This document shows positions 59,895 through 64,000 of a stretch of DNA of 64,000 nt, piece by piece; positions within the stretch are counted from its first letter, which is position 1; each line of letters opens with the position of its first letter. Source of the DNA: Promethearchaeota archaeon (lineage in GTDB: Archaea > Asgardarchaeota > Lokiarchaeia > Sigyniarchaeales > SOKP01). The stretch spans positions 1-64,000 of the forward strand of contig JBHLLT010000010.1 in assembly GCA_048938855.1 (NCBI GenBank), written 5' to 3'. The position numbers were made by a program, and so were the translations under genes. Below the pieces are notes generated by a model, which made no database searches, had not been told where the DNA came from, and saw only the letters and a program-made list of their open reading frames with translations.

Positions 59895-61808
59895 ATGCGG
59901 TATTTGCCTTGTAAAAAATGTGGTTCTGGTTTGGCGATCGTGAAAGGATCTGTAGGCCAATGTCCTTATTGCGGAGCAAAAACCCTTTATATGGAGGCAA
60001 TTTACTCTTTTAAGTATTATCTATCAGAAATTTTAAATCTCACGTTGTATAAAACTGAAAAACCTGCTAAAGTCTCAGAACTCGAGAGAAGAAGAACTCT
60101 AATTGAAAATTTTTACTATAATCTTAAAGCTGATTTTGACGAATATAGACATTTAATAATTACTAAATTAGATATGATAAGCATCGATCCTTTGAAACTG
60201 TTCCACACAATTCGTACTGCTGGTAATTTTGGGATCATAATTGAGGAGATCATTTTACCTGATATAGATGATGAGGTAAATAGAAAGAAGTATAAAGAGT
60301 TCAAAGATAACTCTTTTATTATCCATAAATCATTAATCGCCTTATATTATAGTTATTTAGCTAAAAATTCATTATCTATTGAACATTGTAAGAAATATTA
60401 TAAACTTGCAGAAAATAACTATCGAAATATTGTAGATTTCTGTAATATTAGTAAACTTGAATATATAAAGTCTAATATTTATAAGAATAAAGAGATTTAT
60501 GTTATTCTTTCAGAATTTACTGCTATACTAAGAGGTCTTCTAAATAATAATCCAAAGTTTTATTCTGATAAATTGGAAGATTTACTTGATAGATTAATTA
60601 AAACTAAAGTAGATGAATTTCGAAAGTATAATTTATATAATCAAATCGAAAATATTTATCAGTTAGAACGTGAAACAAGTGTTGTTTTAGAAAAAGTAAA
60701 AATTGATTGTCCATTGCTGTCGACTGATAATTTAGAAGAAAACCTTATATTTAATAATGAAGAAAATATGGAGAAGCTTAATAGTGTTCGGAATTGGATT
60801 GAGACGGTTTCTGAGAGATACCAAAGATATCAAAGGAACCTTTTAAAACTACATTCTGGAAAATTAGTTAAGTACTTGGAATCTTATCGTACAGAATTTA
60901 TCAGTTATAAAGACAAAAATATTCAAAAATTCAATACTTTGTTAGAAGTTATGATATTAAAAGCTCTTGAGGGGTATAACACTGAAACTGCTGAACTTTT
61001 GAATAATCTTAGTGATTTTTTACAAGAAGATAAGTTAAATGAAAAAATTATTGATAAATTTGAAATTGAGTATAACGATTTAATCCAATTAGATGATCTC
61101 TTAAAAAATTTTATCAAAAGTCTTTTCAAGAAACCTTTACTTCGAAACCTCGAAGCAGAATATTACAAGAAATTAATGTCGTTAATCTTAACCAAACATA
61201 CAGAATTTGATAATTATATCTTGAAATATATTAATTATATGTTTCAACGGTTTGAAGAAGCAAGAGGTAAAAAAATTCTCACTTTAGAAGAACAAAAAAG
61301 CCAATTTAATTCAAATGTAAAGCCCAATCTTAAAAAACTTATTAAAATGAGTTTTAATCTAAATGATAAAGCTATACCATACCCTCTTTTCATAGATCTC
61401 AAAGTACAAAATAAAAAACTTAAATTAAATCACCCAGAAATTATCACAGTCTCAATTGAGAATCCTAATTTAAGTGAAATTAAAGATATAAAAATTTACT
61501 TCTTTATGTCTCATTCATTTGAATCTAAATTAGAGTTTACTAGCATTAAAAGATTAAAGTCTAATGAAATTTCAAAAATCAAGACTAAAATTATTCCAAA
61601 AAAAATTGGTAGTTTTCTTTTTATGGTAATGATAGAATATCAGCATATTAATAAAACATTTTGGATGCCTTCATTAAAGCTCGAATTAGAAGTTGAAAGA
61701 GATGAAGAACTCGCTAAATATGTTCAATATCAATTATCTAAATCAGGATTTTTACAAAGCGATATTGAAATAAATAGGATCAATAGGTTTATGAGAATTA
61801 GTATTTAA
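59895..61808 (+). CDS. Hypothetical protein: N-terminal Zn ribbon, long helical core, C-terminal beta-sandwich
   Basis: CKKCG...CPYCG; ITVSIENP...IKIYF...IKTKIIP..IG.F...IEY is an Ig-like pattern. Confidence 0.7.
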   Translation: MRYLPCKKCGSGLAIVKGSVGQCPYCGAKTLYMEAIYSFKYYLSEILNLTLYKTEKPAKVSELERRRTLIENFYYNLKADFDEYRHLIITKLDMISIDPLKLFHTIRTAGNFGIIIEEIILPDIDDEVNRKKYKEFKDNSFIIHKSLIALYYSYLAKNSLSIEHCKKYYKLAENNYRNIVDFCNISKLEYIKSNIYKNKEIYVILSEFTAILRGLLNNNPKFYSDKLEDLLDRLIKTKVDEFRKYNLYNQIENIYQLERETSVVLEKVKIDCPLLSTDNLEENLIFNNEENMEKLNSVRNWIETVSERYQRYQRNLLKLHSGKLVKYLESYRTEFISYKDKNIQKFNTLLEVMILKALEGYNTETAELLNNLSDFLQEDKLNEKIIDKFEIEYNDLIQLDDLLKNFIKSLFKKPLLRNLEAEYYKKLMSLILTKHTEFDNYILKYINYMFQRFEEARGKKILTLEEQKSQFNSNVKPNLKKLIKMSFNLNDKAIPYPLFIDLKVQNKKLKLNHPEIITVSIENPNLSEIKDIKIYFFMSHSFESKLEFTSIKRLKSNEISKIKTKIIPKKIGSFLFMVMIEYQHINKTFWMPSLKLELEVERDEELAKYVQYQLSKSGFLQSDIEINRINRFMRISI

Positions 61809-61893
61809 AATTAGCTTTCTACCACTTATTTTAACGATTTTAAATTTGAAACATAAAGCTTTTAGTAATTAACTTTCTTACTCTAAATAGATA

Positions 61894-63030
61894 ATGACGG
61901 ATAAAGAAATTCAAGATTCTGAACAAGAGTCAAAAATCTCAAATTCTGAGGATACAAAAGATATTAGTGATAGTTCTTGGACTTTTTGCCCTGTTTGTGG
62001 TAATGAAATACCCAAAATTCAGAAGCTTAAATTTTGTTTTAAATGCGGAACGGATCTTAAATATCTCAAGGAACATAAACAGTTAAAACCAACTGACGCA
62101 AATAGTCCTTATATTCAAACAAGGAACTACCCCCAACATGAGATTCCACTAATTTCTTATGGTCCTCTAAAAATTGAAGATGATGAGATTATTAACACAA
62201 AAAATCATGAATTATGGGGAACAGGAGCTTCTATAGGAATCTCCCTTGGTGCCTTTTTTGCTATGAATTTTGCTACGGCAGGAATTCTTGTAATAATGGT
62301 CTTCATGTCTTTTGATTTAGAGGCATTAGTCGAAATTGTCGCAAATCCATATTTCGTTGCCATTAGTTCCTTATTTGAATTGATCTTTGTATTATTTCCG
62401 GTATTATATGTAGGGAAATATCTCAGAAATCCTTCTTTAAAAAATAGGTTGGGATTACTAGGTTTTACCTCAAAAGGGTTGGATAGGAAAGGAATAGTCA
62501 AAGAGATATACATAGGTTTAGGATTTGCTGTTGCTGCATATTTCTTAGTTTTTGGAGTTTCATTTTTGACTGAGATAATCCTTGAATTTATTTTTGGAAT
62601 TCAGATTATACAGGATATAAATTCTGGTGCAGGTGGCGCGGGAATTGTTTTTATACAAGGTGATATTTTAAGTATAGTTCTCTTATCTGTGGTAATGATA
62701 TTAATAATTGGAACATCTGAGGAAATTTTATTCAGAGGATTTATGCAAAAAGGATTGACACGGAGTCTAGGAAGTAAAGGAGGTATAATACTAACAGCAT
62801 TCATTTTTGCTATGATTCATGTATTAGGAGTAGTGCTCTTGTTTATAGATGCACCAATATATCTTCTTATTTCATTTCTTCTATCGTTTTTTCCTTATTT
62901 TGCAGTTTCAATTTTATTAGGTTTAATTTATTATTGGAGAAAAGAGAATCTGATAGCGGTCATAATAACTCATGGCGTTTATGATGCATTGACAATAATA
63001 GTAGCATATATTTCTCTTTATGGTTTCTAA
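61894..63030 (+). CDS. CPBP (Abi/CAAX type II) intramembrane metalloprotease with N-terminal double Zn ribbon
   Basis: FCPVCG...FCFKCG; SEEILFRG, FAMIH, HGVYD. Confidence 0.9.
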   Translation: MTDKEIQDSEQESKISNSEDTKDISDSSWTFCPVCGNEIPKIQKLKFCFKCGTDLKYLKEHKQLKPTDANSPYIQTRNYPQHEIPLISYGPLKIEDDEIINTKNHELWGTGASIGISLGAFFAMNFATAGILVIMVFMSFDLEALVEIVANPYFVAISSLFELIFVLFPVLYVGKYLRNPSLKNRLGLLGFTSKGLDRKGIVKEIYIGLGFAVAAYFLVFGVSFLTEIILEFIFGIQIIQDINSGAGGAGIVFIQGDILSIVLLSVVMILIIGTSEEILFRGFMQKGLTRSLGSKGGIILTAFIFAMIHVLGVVLLFIDAPIYLLISFLLSFFPYFAVSILLGLIYYWRKENLIAVIITHGVYDALTIIVAYISLYGF

Positions 63031-63048
63031 AACATAAAACTACTGAAT

Positions 63049-63912
63049 ATGAATATACTACAAAAATATGAAATAAAGGCAAAAAATAATCCACCCATAA
63101 CTATTGGAATGGGATTTGGAAATTTTACATTTCATAGCCAGAAAATCATAGCTGCAAGTATAGATTTTCTAAAAAATTTTAACTCTAATATTTCTATTTA
63201 TGGAAAAAAAGAAATTCTCCCAAAAAGCTTAAAGCAAATTTCAGAACGGACAGAGGTTTCAAGATTAAAATTTATTGAAAGCCAAGATCCCGAAAGAGCT
63301 GCAATTGAATCTTTAAAACAAAATTCTATTCAAGCTTTAATTAGAGGGTCCTTTAGTTCAAGCAAATTTTTAAAAAGTCTTAAAGATACTCTAAATATTA
63401 CTGTAATCAATAGGCTAGCAATTTTAGAAACAGTAAAAGAGGATCAATTTTTCTACGGACCAGTTGGGATTGATGAATGTAATAATGTAGAAAATAAAAT
63501 TACCTATATAGAAAATGCTCTTAAGGAATTTCAAGAAATTGAGATCGTACCTAAAATAAGTATTTTGAGTGGTGGTAGGTTAAGTGATATTGGGCGAGAT
63601 ACTAAAGTTAACCAAACTATAAAAGATGCGATTAAAATCATTGATTCCTTGAAGAAAAAATACCCCGAGTTAATGATCTCTCACAATGAAATATTAATTG
63701 AAGAAGCTCTTGAAAATGACTCAAACCTGATTATTGCCCCTGATGGAATATCTGGAAATTTAGTTTATCGTACGTTAGTTCATTTAGGCGGAGGAAAAGC
63801 TTATGGAGCGATTTACATGGGCATTGGAAAGCCTATAATTGATACATCACGAGTAGGAGATTATTCTGAATTTTATGGCGCCCTAGTGTTAGCACTTGCT
63901 CTAAGTAACTAA
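63049..63912 (+). CDS. mtxX: MtxX / methanogenesis marker protein 4 family
   Basis: ALIRGS, RLAILE, GPVGIDE, LSGGRLSDIGR, ILIE, IIAPDGISGNL.YRTL, DTSR. Confidence 0.88.
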   Translation: MNILQKYEIKAKNNPPITIGMGFGNFTFHSQKIIAASIDFLKNFNSNISIYGKKEILPKSLKQISERTEVSRLKFIESQDPERAAIESLKQNSIQALIRGSFSSSKFLKSLKDTLNITVINRLAILETVKEDQFFYGPVGIDECNNVENKITYIENALKEFQEIEIVPKISILSGGRLSDIGRDTKVNQTIKDAIKIIDSLKKKYPELMISHNEILIEEALENDSNLIIAPDGISGNLVYRTLVHLGGGKAYGAIYMGIGKPIIDTSRVGDYSEFYGALVLALALSN

Positions 63913-64000
63913 TTTATCCTTAAATAATTAAATACTCATTTAAAATTCATTAATTAACGTTGAATAATCTTTTTCTTCTTCCGATGCATGTAAGTACATA

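Noticed and set aside
63940-64000. Possible 3' end of a minus-strand gene at the window edge
   Set aside because: Too short to fix the frame or the product.

Overview
AT-rich archaeal chromosomal segment, most likely from an Asgard archaeon of the Lokiarchaeia/Promethearchaeota. It carries archaeal-type housekeeping genes (thermosome, eL38, eL40, Pth2, TruD, AspRS, ThrRS, GluRS, MetAP2, PRPP synthetase, RibL, RibK/RbkR, archaetidylinositol-phosphate synthase, MtxX). These are mixed with eukaryotic-signature-type proteins (Rab-like GTPase, two longin-like proteins, an Rpn11-like JAMM protein, an LRR protein). I found no CRISPR array, rRNA, transposase or integrase. Elements missing from the ORF track that I read directly from the DNA are rpl40e, a 55-aa Zn-ribbon gene, a tRNA-Arg(GCG) with two non-canonical BHB introns (one splitting the anticodon), and N-terminal extensions of three genes that appear to need ATT start codons. 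The top candidate for something undescribed is a ~450-nt minus-strand transcription unit at 16719-17168. It has its own TATA box, a U11 terminator, a perfect 12-bp 5'/3' closing helix and many nested helices, and it matches no ncRNA family I can recognise by eye. The second candidate is an orphan CheR-coiled coil-CheD fusion with a degenerate CheD active site and no other chemotaxis gene in the 64 kb. All calls come from reading motifs by eye; no database searches or folding programs were run.
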